A stretch of 64,000 nucleotides of DNA from Desulfosoma sp. (GTDB lineage Bacteria > Desulfobacterota > Syntrophobacteria > Syntrophobacterales > DSM-9756). Below are positions 49,517-58,775 of this stretch, one piece after another. Positions within the stretch are counted from its first letter, which is position 1, and every line of letters starts with the position of its first letter. Below the pieces are notes generated by a model. That model did no database searches. It saw only the letters and a list, made by a program, of their open reading frames with translations, and was not told where the DNA came from. Made by a program: the position numbers and the translations under genes. The stretch is taken from contig JBBFKW010000011.1 of assembly GCA_037481835.1 (NCBI GenBank), positions 32,001 through 96,000 on the forward strand. Reading direction: 5' to 3'.

Positions 49517-50284
49517 TCACGTCTCCTCCTCAACCCAATCTTTCACCACACGGGCCAACTGTTCGACCATGTCCACGATGCGGGGACCGGCCCGACACGT
49601 GAGCCCGCAAGGAAAGAGAAAGACGCGCCCCGTTCGGACGGCCGAGCTGTTTCGCCACCGAGGGTCTTGGCGCGTCTGGGTTTCGAGGGACGGCTCGCAG
49701 AAGAACACAAGGTCCGGATCCCACGAGACGACCTCCTCATGGGACACCCTCGCATAGGGAGGTGCCCCTTCGCCCAGGAAATTGACGCCGCCCGCCCGCT
49801 GGATCACGTCGTATTGGAAAGCTCCAGGCCCCACGGTGATGAGCGGGTCCCATTGCATGATGCGAAAGATTTTGGGCCGCTTGACGGGTGGAATTCTCTC
49901 GGTATCCCTGTCGATGAGGCGCAGGCGCGCTTCGAGCCGGGCGACGAGCCGTTGCCCATCCTCCGGCCGGCCGAGGCGCTCGGCCAGCAGGACGATTGCC
50001 TCCAAAGCTTCGGAGACGGTCCCGGGGTCGCTGTGAAAGACGGGGATTCCCTGGGATTGGAGCCACAAGGCCACTTCCTCGTGATGGCGGCCGAAGGTGC
50101 ACACGAGATCCGGCGCGTCCCGGCAGAGGGCCTGGACATTGGGAGAAGCCCAGCTTCCATAGGTTTTGAGGTGCCTCACGTCCTCGGGGAAATCGCAATC
50201 TTCGGAAACCCCCACAAGGACATCGAGAGCCCCGAGGGCGGCCATGGTTTCCGTGTGGGTCGGTGCAATGGAAATGACTCTCAC
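49517..50284 (-). CDS. BtuF-like helical-backbone (cobalamin/metal) binding protein, apparently without signal peptide
   Basis: RVISIAPTHTE..ALG, VGVS..CDFP, PDLV, AGG.N and RAGPRIVD motifs; start uncertain. Confidence 0.8.
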   Translation of the reverse strand: MRVISIAPTHTETMAALGALDVLVGVSEDCDFPEDVRHLKTYGSWASPNVQALCRDAPDLVCTFGRHHEEVALWLQSQGIPVFHSDPGTVSEALEAIVLLAERLGRPEDGQRLVARLEARLRLIDRDTERIPPVKRPKIFRIMQWDPLITVGPGAFQYDVIQRAGGVNFLGEGAPPYARVSHEEVVSWDPDLVFFCEPSLETQTRQDPRWRNSSAVRTGRVFLFPCGLTCRAGPRIVDMVEQLARVVKDWVEEET

Positions 50285-50469
50285 AGCTCTTTCCTCTGTG
50301 CCCCATGCCTTGGCTGACCCATCCTGCAAAATTCTCCGCCTTGTGATATGTTTTTTACGAAAGACGACAGGTTTTTTCAGAACCCGGTCTTCATCGGATA
50401 GCACAATCCTCGGAAAGGTGTCGATGGCTATTGAGGTGCACGGCGTCACGGAGGGCGACGAGGACGATC

Positions 50470-51564
50470 ATGGGCAGATGGTTGGACTGCTACGCGGGCT
50501 CTAAGATTTTTGAAATGGTGCGCGATGAAGGACTGCGCCAAGATCGCGTTCAGATGGTGCTCGGGGCCGCAGGAGGCCCCAAGTGGCTGGTGCTTTACGG
50601 GCTGGATCGGGTTCTGTGTCGGGAATGGTTGCCCAATCGGAAAACGCCCTTGGATTGCCTCGGGGCGTCCATCGGAGCCTGGCGTTTTGCCGCCTACTGC
50701 CAGGCGGACCCCGGGGCGGCTCTGGACCGCTTTCTGGAAGCCTACCGGCGCCAATCCTACAGCATGGCCCCCACACCGGCGGAAGTGAGCCGCGTGCTCG
50801 GCGGGGTGCTTCGATCCTTCGTGGACCCGGACGCCGCCCGGGAGATCTCAGCCCAAGAAAACCGCCGCCTGCACATCGTCACCGTTCGGGGACGCGCCCT
50901 ATTGAACGCCGAGGCGTCTCCGCTTGTGGGATTGGGCCTTGTGGGAGCCTCCCTGGTGAACAGCGTGGCCCCCGAAGGGCTGCTTTGGTTTTTTGAAAGA
51001 ATGATTTTTTCTCATCCGCAGAGTCCTCTTCTTGGCGAATTGGACAACGGGAAGTGGCCTGTGCGGCGGGTGCCCATGGATGACCGCAATGTGGTTCCGG
51101 CCCTTTTGGCCTCCGGGTCCATCCCGCTGCTCATGGAGCCCGTTAAGGACATCCCCGGAGCGCCTCCTGGAACTTACTGGGACGGGGGCCTTACGGACTA
51201 TCACGTCACGCTGCCTCTTCGCCCCGGATCCGGCCGGATCATCCTTTACCCCCACTATACGGACCGACTGGTCCCCGGCTGGTTCGACAAGCGCTTTCCC
51301 GGCCGCCGGCCGGACTCCGAGCGGCTGGCCGAAGTCCTTCTCCTGGTGCCGTCCCGGCGTTTTGTGGAGCGGCTCCCTTACGGCCGCATCCCGGATCGCA
51401 AGGATTTTTGGACTTTCGCCGGAAAGGATTCCCAACGCCTTCGCTTCTGGGATACGGTGGTCGCCGCGTCGCACATCCTGGGAAACGAGTTTATGGACCT
51501 GGCCCTTTCGGGCAAGATCCGCGAGCGGGTCCGCCCCATGGAGGCCTTTTGGGCCCTGAGATAA
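50470..51564 (+). CDS. Patatin-like phospholipase family protein
   Basis: GAAGGPK, GASIG (GxSxG), ASGSIP and DGG motifs. Confidence 0.85.
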   Translation: MGRWLDCYAGSKIFEMVRDEGLRQDRVQMVLGAAGGPKWLVLYGLDRVLCREWLPNRKTPLDCLGASIGAWRFAAYCQADPGAALDRFLEAYRRQSYSMAPTPAEVSRVLGGVLRSFVDPDAAREISAQENRRLHIVTVRGRALLNAEASPLVGLGLVGASLVNSVAPEGLLWFFERMIFSHPQSPLLGELDNGKWPVRRVPMDDRNVVPALLASGSIPLLMEPVKDIPGAPPGTYWDGGLTDYHVTLPLRPGSGRIILYPHYTDRLVPGWFDKRFPGRRPDSERLAEVLLLVPSRRFVERLPYGRIPDRKDFWTFAGKDSQRLRFWDTVVAASHILGNEFMDLALSGKIRERVRPMEAFWALR

Positions 51565-51595
51565 CCCCCAGGCTCATTGGGGTAAGGAGCGCCCC

Positions 51596-52015
51596 ATGGT
51601 TCGACATGCCGAAATCAAGGACCTGGAAAGGGTCGCCGAAATCGAGCGCCTCTCCTTTCCCAACCCGTGGACGCCTTATTATTTGGAAAACGCTCTCAAG
51701 GACTTCTTTCTCGTCTACGACGACGGCGAGGTCCAAGGCTACCTGGCGGCCACGTGCCGGGACCAGGACGAAAAGGCGACCATTTTGAAAGTCGCCGTGC
51801 ATCCGGAGGCGCGGGGCCGGGGGATCGCCTCTGCGCTGGTCCAGGGGGCTTTGCAAGCTTTCGAACACAGGGGCATCAAGCACGTGGAGCTGGACGTAAA
51901 GATCATCTCGGCAGGCGCCGTGCATCTCTATGAAAAGTTCGGGTTCCGCATCCAACGCATGGTCACCGTCGACGTGGACGACACCAGCTTTCTCGTCATG
52001 AAGAAAGACATCTAG
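51596..52015 (+). CDS. rimI: GNAT acetyltransferase, RimI-like
   Basis: IERLSFPNPW, VAVHPEARGRGIA and LYEKFGF motifs. Confidence 0.75.
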   Translation: MVRHAEIKDLERVAEIERLSFPNPWTPYYLENALKDFFLVYDDGEVQGYLAATCRDQDEKATILKVAVHPEARGRGIASALVQGALQAFEHRGIKHVELDVKIISAGAVHLYEKFGFRIQRMVTVDVDDTSFLVMKKDI

Positions 52016-54234
52016 GAGGCCCTGTCCGCAAGACGGCAGCTTCGGGTTTTTTGAAGGGCCTTCAGGATCCTTTCAAACCGGAAAGGCTTTTCCACGAAAT
52101 CCGCCGCACCCTTGGCCAGAAGTTCTTCCCGCTTGTCAGGGTCCAGATACCCCGTGGCGATGATGACAGGAAGGTCCGGATGGCGTTTGAGGATTTCTTC
52201 CAGACATCGGGCGCCCCCCATGCCCGGCATGTTGAGGTCCAAAATGACGCCGTCGGGTTTGGGATCCATGCTGCCGAGAAGGAGCAGGGCCGTTTCTCCA
52301 TCTGCGGCCGTTTGCACGTGCAACCCGTAACTTTCTAAGAGATTTTGTCCGATTTCCAGCAGATGGGGCTCGTCATCCACGAGAAGGATACGCAAGCCGT
52401 CCAGGTTCACCTGGACGACGTCTTCTTCTTTGGGGGCGAAGGCTGCCGGCTCGGTCGTTGTGACCGGGAAATAGATGTGGAACCGGGTGCCTTTGCCCCG
52501 CTCGCTGTCACAGACGATACCGCCGCCGAAGCGCTTGATCACGCTGTAGACGATGGCAAGCCCCAAGCCTGTGCCCTTGTCGGGGGTCTTGGTTGTAAAA
52601 AAAGGCTCATAGATGCGCTCTTGAATCTCCTGCGGAATGCCGGGGCCCGTGTCCATGATGGAAAGGCGCACCGCGGGTCCCGTGCGGAGTATGCCGAGCT
52701 TTTGGGCCATCACGGAATCCACGTCGGCCGGGCTGGTTTCGATGGTGATGGTTCCTCCCTCCGGCATGGCGTCCCGGGTGTTCATGACCAGGTTCATGAC
52801 GACCTGTTCCAATTGGTTGGCATCGGCCGTGACCTTTCCCAGATGGCCTTCCAGGCGAAGGTCCAAACGATACATCTTGGGCAGAACCCGCTCGAGCATC
52901 TCGCACACCCGCACCACCGCCGTGTTGATGTCGACGGGTGTGACTTTTTCCTCGGTCTTTCGCCCGTAAATGAGCAACTGCCGGGTGAGGTTGGCTCCTC
53001 GATCCACGGTTTGAAAGAGCTTCTGGAGAAAGACCCGGTCGGGATGATCCTCGTCGACCCGTTTCGAGAGAATATGGAGGTACCCGTGGATCATTTGCAA
53101 AATGTTGTTGAAATCGTGGGCGATGCCCCCGGCCAGCGTGCCGATGGCTTCCAGTTTCTGGAGTTGGACCAGCTCCTGTTTCATCTGGCGCTTTTCCGTC
53201 ACGTCCCGGGCGATGCATAAGAGCGCGGGCTGCTGCTGCCATTCCATGGGCACCACGTTCATGTCCACACAAATGAGGCGCCCCGACGGATGGGCAAAGC
53301 GCAGGGTGGTCAAAGGAGGGACAGCTTGGGGGTTGAGTTCCAAGGTTTCAAAGAGCTGCATCAAAGCGTCTTGGTCGTCCGGGACCACGTGATCCAGGAG
53401 CAGGCTTTCCTCGATTTCTTCCAAAGGTCGGCCGAAAAGGCTCAGGGTGCGCGGGTTGGGAAACCTGATGCGCCCCTCTTGACAGATGAAGATGGCGTCG
53501 TTGGCGTTTTCCACAAGATGTCGGTACTTGGCTTCCGTCTCTTCAACGGACGATTCCAGTTTCTTCGAATATTCTTCCAGCTTGGCGCGTGTGCGCGCCA
53601 GTTCGTTCCTAAGGAGGAATTCCCGCCATCGGTGGGTGTGGTCGATGTGGGCGGCGATGAGAATGATGGCCAGGGTGCCCAGGACAAAAAGGTTGTTGGC
53701 GAAAAACATGTTCAGGGCGGGATAGGGATCCAACCCAAAGGCGCTCGCCGCATAGAGGACATAGAGGGCGATGCAGTTTGGAGCCAACTTCTTTACAGGA
53801 ACGGGCAGGACCACGCAGTAGGTGAGAAAGACCAGATTAAGCCCCGCATAATACGGGGTGTGGGTTCCGCCCGTATCCACGATCATCGCGATGATGCAGA
53901 GCCCCACCGCGTAAAACGCCAAGGTGCCCAAAACGAAGCTGTTCACAGGCCGCCGCTTTTGCCGATTGACCAGGTAAAGCACCCAACAGGTGATGGCCGC
54001 AAGAATGCGGTAGACGATGAATTTTTCAAAAAGGGCGGGAAAGAGCAGAGCATCCAAGATGCCGAAAAGGGGCACGAGGGTGCCGCCCATGATCAAAATG
54101 ACGTTCACCCGAAAGCGCAGGAGAGCCTTGAGCTCTTCGGCAAAGCCCTCCTGGAGTGCCTTTAAATTCGGCGCGGGGATGGAAGGGGCCGTCTCTAATG
54201 CCCATAGCCCGCCGAAAATTTTATCCTCGGCCAT
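52012..54234 (-). CDS. Membrane-bound hybrid sensor histidine kinase (TM sensor + PAS + HisKA + HATPase + receiver)
   Basis: About six N-terminal TM segments, PAS (ANDAI..RDVTE), AHDFNN, NLVMN, DTGPGI, FFTTK, GTGLGL, and receiver VDD..DLNMP..KP. Confidence 0.94.
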   Translation of the reverse strand: MAEDKIFGGLWALETAPSIPAPNLKALQEGFAEELKALLRFRVNVILIMGGTLVPLFGILDALLFPALFEKFIVYRILAAITCWVLYLVNRQKRRPVNSFVLGTLAFYAVGLCIIAMIVDTGGTHTPYYAGLNLVFLTYCVVLPVPVKKLAPNCIALYVLYAASAFGLDPYPALNMFFANNLFVLGTLAIILIAAHIDHTHRWREFLLRNELARTRAKLEEYSKKLESSVEETEAKYRHLVENANDAIFICQEGRIRFPNPRTLSLFGRPLEEIEESLLLDHVVPDDQDALMQLFETLELNPQAVPPLTTLRFAHPSGRLICVDMNVVPMEWQQQPALLCIARDVTEKRQMKQELVQLQKLEAIGTLAGGIAHDFNNILQMIHGYLHILSKRVDEDHPDRVFLQKLFQTVDRGANLTRQLLIYGRKTEEKVTPVDINTAVVRVCEMLERVLPKMYRLDLRLEGHLGKVTADANQLEQVVMNLVMNTRDAMPEGGTITIETSPADVDSVMAQKLGILRTGPAVRLSIMDTGPGIPQEIQERIYEPFFTTKTPDKGTGLGLAIVYSVIKRFGGGIVCDSERGKGTRFHIYFPVTTTEPAAFAPKEEDVVQVNLDGLRILLVDDEPHLLEIGQNLLESYGLHVQTAADGETALLLLGSMDPKPDGVILDLNMPGMGGARCLEEILKRHPDLPVIIATGYLDPDKREELLAKGAADFVEKPFRFERILKALQKTRSCRLADRAS

Positions 54235-54281
54235 GATGTGTTTTTTCTTTCAAGTCCTCAAAGAGCGCACGCCTAGGAGCC

Positions 54282-55763
54282 TCAGGACGTTTCGTTCTGA
54301 CGGCGTGCGACAACGAACAGATTGATCCCTTCCGGTTCCGAAAGGATCGTCACCCGGTCCCCGAAGGGGGTTTCCGCAAAAACCTCGCGAAGCTCTTTTT
54401 CGCTCCGATGGATGAGCTTCCAGTGCAAGATGTGGTCCATGACGGCTTTGTTGGGGTTGCTGGGGGCGAAATTGCCGATGATGAGGCAGCCTCCCGGTTT
54501 CAAGTGTTCGTGGCACCGCGTGACGAGCGCCGCAAAGAGCCGGCGGTCCAGGTAGTCCGTTAAACCGGCCGAATAGATGATGTCTTGAGGGGCAAGGCTC
54601 TGGCGGTTTCGTCCCAGAGCCCATCGGACGGCGTTGTCGTTTAAATAACGGATTCTGGCCCGGTGGGAAAAGGTGTTGACGGTGGTGTCCGTATAGTGGA
54701 GCGCTTCCACGTCGGCGTCCATGCAGGTGGCTTCCACACGGTCGTCCAAGGGGCATTCTTTAAGGAAATCAAACAATTCCCGGCTGGATCCACACGCCAG
54801 ATTCAGGATGCGGATGGTTCCGTTGGAGGACAAATCCCGAAGGGTACGGCGGAGAAGTTCTTCGGCCAGTAAAGAGCGACGCCCCCGCACGGCTCGAGAG
54901 GCCGGGGAATTGAGGCACCAGGCGTCCACCAGGAGTCCGAGTTTGCCGTCGCCTTCCGGTCGGTTTTTGTAGATCATTTCCATCATGAGAAAGTCGCCGG
55001 CATATCCTTTCGGCTTGTAATAGGCCCGTTCGGCGAAGCGGCTCCTCATGAAGTAAGGAAAGAGTTCCTTGAAAACATAGCCCCAGGCGTAATCTTGAAA
55101 TTCGCTTTGCGCCACAAGGGGATCCAGATCCCGAAGGCTGTCGTTCAAAGAGTTCAGGATGTCCGTGCAGCGTTCCTGAAGAACATGCGATTCCTCCCCG
55201 TCGGCCTTGCCTTGCTGCAGGGCGTAGCTCAGATCGAAAAGTTCCGCCTTGGTTTTTTCCACCACTTCATGGATGAGCGTTCCGGGGCGGCTGCGGAAAA
55301 ATTCCTCGGGAACGGGACGCGCTTCATAGAAGTGCCTTCGCCCGGTGGAGAGGGATGCGGCGTAGGCTGTAAGGGGTTCCCGTTCCTCCAACACACGCCG
55401 AAACTTGGAACACACCGATCGCGCCACGTCCGTAATGAGCGCGCTGTATCGATAGGGGTCGGCGTGGCGAAGCGCCTCCATGGATTCCCAGTCGAAGAGG
55501 CGCAAAACGGTGCGCTCTGTGGCCCGAACAGTGCGCACTCGGGACACCCCGTCGAAGAAACCGGTTTCGCCGAAAAATTCCCCGGGCCCGATGTACGCCA
55601 CGGCGATGGTTGTGCCGTTTTGGCCGAAGGCGACTTCTACGGCTCCCTGTTCCACGTAGTAAAGGCAGCGTTCCCGGTCCCCTCGAACGAGGATATTTTC
55701 TCCTTTGGCATAGACGGCCTTGTGCCCGAGCGATTCCAAAACATCGTGCGACGGTTCTTCCAT
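54282..55763 (-). CDS. Cyclic-nucleotide-binding domain fused to a class I SAM methyltransferase (PhcB-like)
   Basis: cNMP domain (G.VEV, GEFFGE..R.RTVRA), then KPKGYAGDF..M..IY, LNLACGS, DADVEAL, YSAGLTDYL, LKPGG..IGNF and W.LIHRS. An alternative TTG start lies at 55793. Confidence 0.85.
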   Translation of the reverse strand: MEEPSHDVLESLGHKAVYAKGENILVRGDRERCLYYVEQGAVEVAFGQNGTTIAVAYIGPGEFFGETGFFDGVSRVRTVRATERTVLRLFDWESMEALRHADPYRYSALITDVARSVCSKFRRVLEEREPLTAYAASLSTGRRHFYEARPVPEEFFRSRPGTLIHEVVEKTKAELFDLSYALQQGKADGEESHVLQERCTDILNSLNDSLRDLDPLVAQSEFQDYAWGYVFKELFPYFMRSRFAERAYYKPKGYAGDFLMMEMIYKNRPEGDGKLGLLVDAWCLNSPASRAVRGRRSLLAEELLRRTLRDLSSNGTIRILNLACGSSRELFDFLKECPLDDRVEATCMDADVEALHYTDTTVNTFSHRARIRYLNDNAVRWALGRNRQSLAPQDIIYSAGLTDYLDRRLFAALVTRCHEHLKPGGCLIIGNFAPSNPNKAVMDHILHWKLIHRSEKELREVFAETPFGDRVTILSEPEGINLFVVARRQNETS

Positions 55764-56085
55764 AAGGTGCAGCCTCCCCGTTCCCTTTCGCAAGGCCCTT
55801 GCACGACGATTCCATGGGTCTATGAAAAGGATCGGCCGCTCAAAAGATTTTCTTGAAGCCTTTAAAGGCTCCCTCCAAAGGCTTTCTTTCGGCCTGGTTC
55901 AAAAACATCCACTGGGACGCTCCCCCTCCATCACCGTGGATTCTTTTTATCCGCTTCGAGCCTGCCCCGTGCCGGGACGACCGCCCCGAACCCATGGGGG
56001 TCTTCCTTGGAAGCCTCTGTCAATCTCTTAGAATCATTAGAAAATCCCATGTGTGCCTGCCCAGTCGGCCTGACAGGGAAGGGTA

Positions 56086-56100
56086 TGGCACGGCTGTTGC
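56086..56100 (+). promoter_or_regulatory. Sigma54 (-24/-12) promoter
   Basis: TGGCACGGCTGTTGC matches the TGGCACG-N4-TTGC consensus, 80 nt upstream of the zraP-like gene. Confidence 0.8.
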
Positions 56101-56180
56101 CTTATTGAAGAACCGAAGGCGACAGGGTCCCGGGAACGGCTCGGGAGGCACAAATCATCGATGCATGAAAGGAGTTTCTC

Positions 56181-56555
56181 ATGAAAGGGATGCGATGGGT
56201 TTTGGTTCTGGGTCTGGTTTTCGTAGCGGCGTCTTCGGTCTGGGCGCGCGGCCCCTACGGGCCGGGGATGGGCCCCTGCTGGGCGCAGTCGACCCCCGAG
56301 GGGCAGGCCTTTGCCGAGGAAGTTGCGCCGCTTCGCCAACAGCTCTACCAAAAGCAGTTGCAGTATCAGCAGATGCTCAACGACCCCAATACCGACCCCA
56401 AGGCGTTGGGCACGACGGCTCGTGAAATGCAACAGATCCGGCAGCAGATTTGGCAGAAGGCTCAGGACGCCGGTATCCCCTGCGGCTACGGTCCCAAAGG
56501 GCGGGGAGCCGGGTGGGGCATGGGAGCCGGTCCCGGAATGGGGCAAACCCAATAA
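56181..56555 (+). CDS. Periplasmic Spy/CpxP/ZraP-family protein
   Basis: Signal peptide (VWA-RG), Gly/Met-rich ends, and a helical core LRQQLYQK..PD..L...ARE. Confidence 0.8.
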   Translation: MKGMRWVLVLGLVFVAASSVWARGPYGPGMGPCWAQSTPEGQAFAEEVAPLRQQLYQKQLQYQQMLNDPNTDPKALGTTAREMQQIRQQIWQKAQDAGIPCGYGPKGRGAGWGMGAGPGMGQTQ

Positions 56556-56610
56556 GGACCATGGTCGGGGTTCGCCCAGCGGACCCCGGCCCTCACCTCA
56601 CAAACGCTCA

Positions 56611-57951
56611 TTAAAAGCCGGCTGCCTGCTGGCGGATCTGGGCCAGAGGCATGTCGGCAATCAATTTTTCAAGCTGATTGGCCGAGAAGCCGCAGCGGCG
56701 TATGGCGGGAATCACGGGTTCCGGGTCCAACCGTTCCATTTGGGCTCCAGCGAGGAACCGGTTCGTGATGAAGTCCGCCACCGTGATCAAGGCCACTTCT
56801 TCCGGAGCCACCTGGGTGATGAGCGCATCCGCCTTGTGATGGCCGGAAACCACCTCGGCCACGTCCACGGGAAGGTTCCAGTGTCGCACCAGAAGAGCCC
56901 CCGCTTCCGAATGGTCCATGCCGAAAAGTTCTTTTTCGATGTCCTTCAAGGGGCGGGTGCTGTGGAGCGCCTGCCGGTAGAAAAGCGGGGCGTGTTCGGT
57001 GACGAGCTGGTCCAAGACGACCTTGCCGATATCATGCAGGAGGCCGTACGTGTAGGCGCGCCCTTGAACCAGTCCCAGCCGGCGGGCCAAGAATTCGGCT
57101 ACCAAGGCCGTCGTCACGGCGTGCTGAAAAAGGCCGCCTTTGCACAGGGAATAGCCCCCCGGTTTGGACGGAAAGATGCCTGAAAGAAAAACCGACAAAG
57201 CGAGTTGCAGAATGCGCCTTTCGCCGAGGAACACCAAGGCGCGGTCGAGGGATTCGATTTTTTCCGGAGCCCCGTATATGGGCGAATTGCACAGGGCCAA
57301 CACCTTGGCCGCGAGCACTTGATCCAAGCGGATTTCCCGACTGATTTCCCCCATCTGGTAGGTTTCGGACCGCAGGAGGGAGAGGATCTTGAAAGCGATT
57401 TGGGGGATGGGTTTCACGTGAGCCACGGCGTTTTCCACGGTCGTTCGATCCGGCTTAGGGATAGGGTGCGATGTCCCCGGCCGAAAAAAATGGCTGCCTA
57501 CCGGAACGATTTCCGGGGTCCAGTCGAGGCAATGCAGTCGAAGGCAGCAGGTGAAGGTCCCGCCGGTTTCACTGACTTTGACGGGGATTCGGGTCGAACG
57601 CAGGAAGAGCTCAACGCGTTCCAACGTGCGGGCGCCCAGTTGAAGATCCAGCTGCACGTCGTCGCTTGGGCCCACGATGGCCCCGCCGGCGACGGCGGCT
57701 TCCATCCGGGACGCTTTGGCCCCTTTGTTTTCCAGGGCGTTCAGGAAGAGGGGAAGGCCCGTGGCCGCATACCGCAGCGGCTCGGCCGGAGGCCCCCCGC
57801 CGCTCAGAGGTTCGGCCAAAAGGGCATGGAACAAGCCGCCCACTCCGGCCTCCTTGTCCCACAAAGCCACTCCCACACAGGTTCCCAAATAGGCCTCCAA
57901 CACCTCGGGGCCCCGAGAACGCACGGCCATTTCCCCTGAAGGGACAATCAC
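56611..57951 (-). CDS. CheD-like glutamine deamidase fused to an HDOD domain
   Basis: LGTCVGV..D..GGLFH.LL, RYA, AGGA, G.R, ETGG; then PIPQIA, D..LAAKVL..CNS, LLHDIGK, DHSE.GA.L..W.LP. GTG start after AGGAGG. Confidence 0.88.
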   Translation of the reverse strand: MIVPSGEMAVRSRGPEVLEAYLGTCVGVALWDKEAGVGGLFHALLAEPLSGGGPPAEPLRYAATGLPLFLNALENKGAKASRMEAAVAGGAIVGPSDDVQLDLQLGARTLERVELFLRSTRIPVKVSETGGTFTCCLRLHCLDWTPEIVPVGSHFFRPGTSHPIPKPDRTTVENAVAHVKPIPQIAFKILSLLRSETYQMGEISREIRLDQVLAAKVLALCNSPIYGAPEKIESLDRALVFLGERRILQLALSVFLSGIFPSKPGGYSLCKGGLFQHAVTTALVAEFLARRLGLVQGRAYTYGLLHDIGKVVLDQLVTEHAPLFYRQALHSTRPLKDIEKELFGMDHSEAGALLVRHWNLPVDVAEVVSGHHKADALITQVAPEEVALITVADFITNRFLAGAQMERLDPEPVIPAIRRCGFSANQLEKLIADMPLAQIRQQAAGF

Positions 57952-58247
57952 GCTTCGCACCTCCTTGCCTCTTCCCAGCATGAACGAATTCCACCGTGCC
58001 CCTGAAAAGGGCGATAGTCGGTCAGCCAAGCGCCCTGACCGGGACAAGAATAGCGTCCCTACGGGCACACGCCCAAGAAAGGATCGGACCGACCCGCAAC
58101 ACGGCTAGAAAATAAGCCGCTTGCTGCTAAAGTAAAGACGGCCCCTCGTTTTTCACGGTCTCGACACCGCTTGTATCACAAAGGCGTTGGGACTGTCATC
58201 CGATTGAGCCCATGAGGAGACATCCAAGGGCGGACCCCATGGGCTTG

Positions 58248-58574
58248 TCATTCAACCGTGATCAAATCTTTGATGGCTTCGAACTTCTTGTCTCCGATTC
58301 CCTGCACGTTCTTGATATCCTCTTTGGCTTTGAACGGACCGTGGGCTTGGCGGTATTGAACGATGCGTTCGGAGATGGCGGGGCCGATTCCGGGAAGCGC
58401 TTGCAACTGTTGGGCATCGGCGGTGTTGATGTTGACGAGGGTGGTTGGTTTGCCGGGTGCCGGGGCTTGCTGCTGCCCCACGGCGGGGAAGGCGCCCAAG
58501 GCGATGAAAGCGGCCGCAAGGAGGACAAGCCATGCCGCCGCCCGTCGCAACGTGAAGGACATGTCCAGTTTCAT
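58248..58574 (-). CDS. comEA: ComEA-family helix-hairpin-helix DNA-binding protein
   Basis: Signal peptide; VNINTA..L..LPGIG..IV.YR..GPF..V.GIG.K. Confidence 0.92.
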   Translation of the reverse strand: MKLDMSFTLRRAAAWLVLLAAAFIALGAFPAVGQQQAPAPGKPTTLVNINTADAQQLQALPGIGPAISERIVQYRQAHGPFKAKEDIKNVQGIGDKKFEAIKDLITVE

Positions 58575-58775
58575 AGTCTACTCCTTATATTGTGCCGAAG
58601 GCGTCCGCCCGAGGATGTCCGAAAGGAGGTTTTTCTTATTCATATCCGCAGTGCTCGCGTGGTGTCGATAGGAAAATGAGGGGGTTCGTCCTCGGAGAAA
58701 CGATGGCGCTTGATGCCTGGCCCGGCTCGTGGCAGACTACGACCACCGTGGATTCGGAACGCGAAAGGGCTTCCC

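Noticed and set aside
50341..50361. Rex operator (TTGTGA...TTACGAA)
   Set aside because: Half-site spacing does not fit the 18-bp Rex palindrome.
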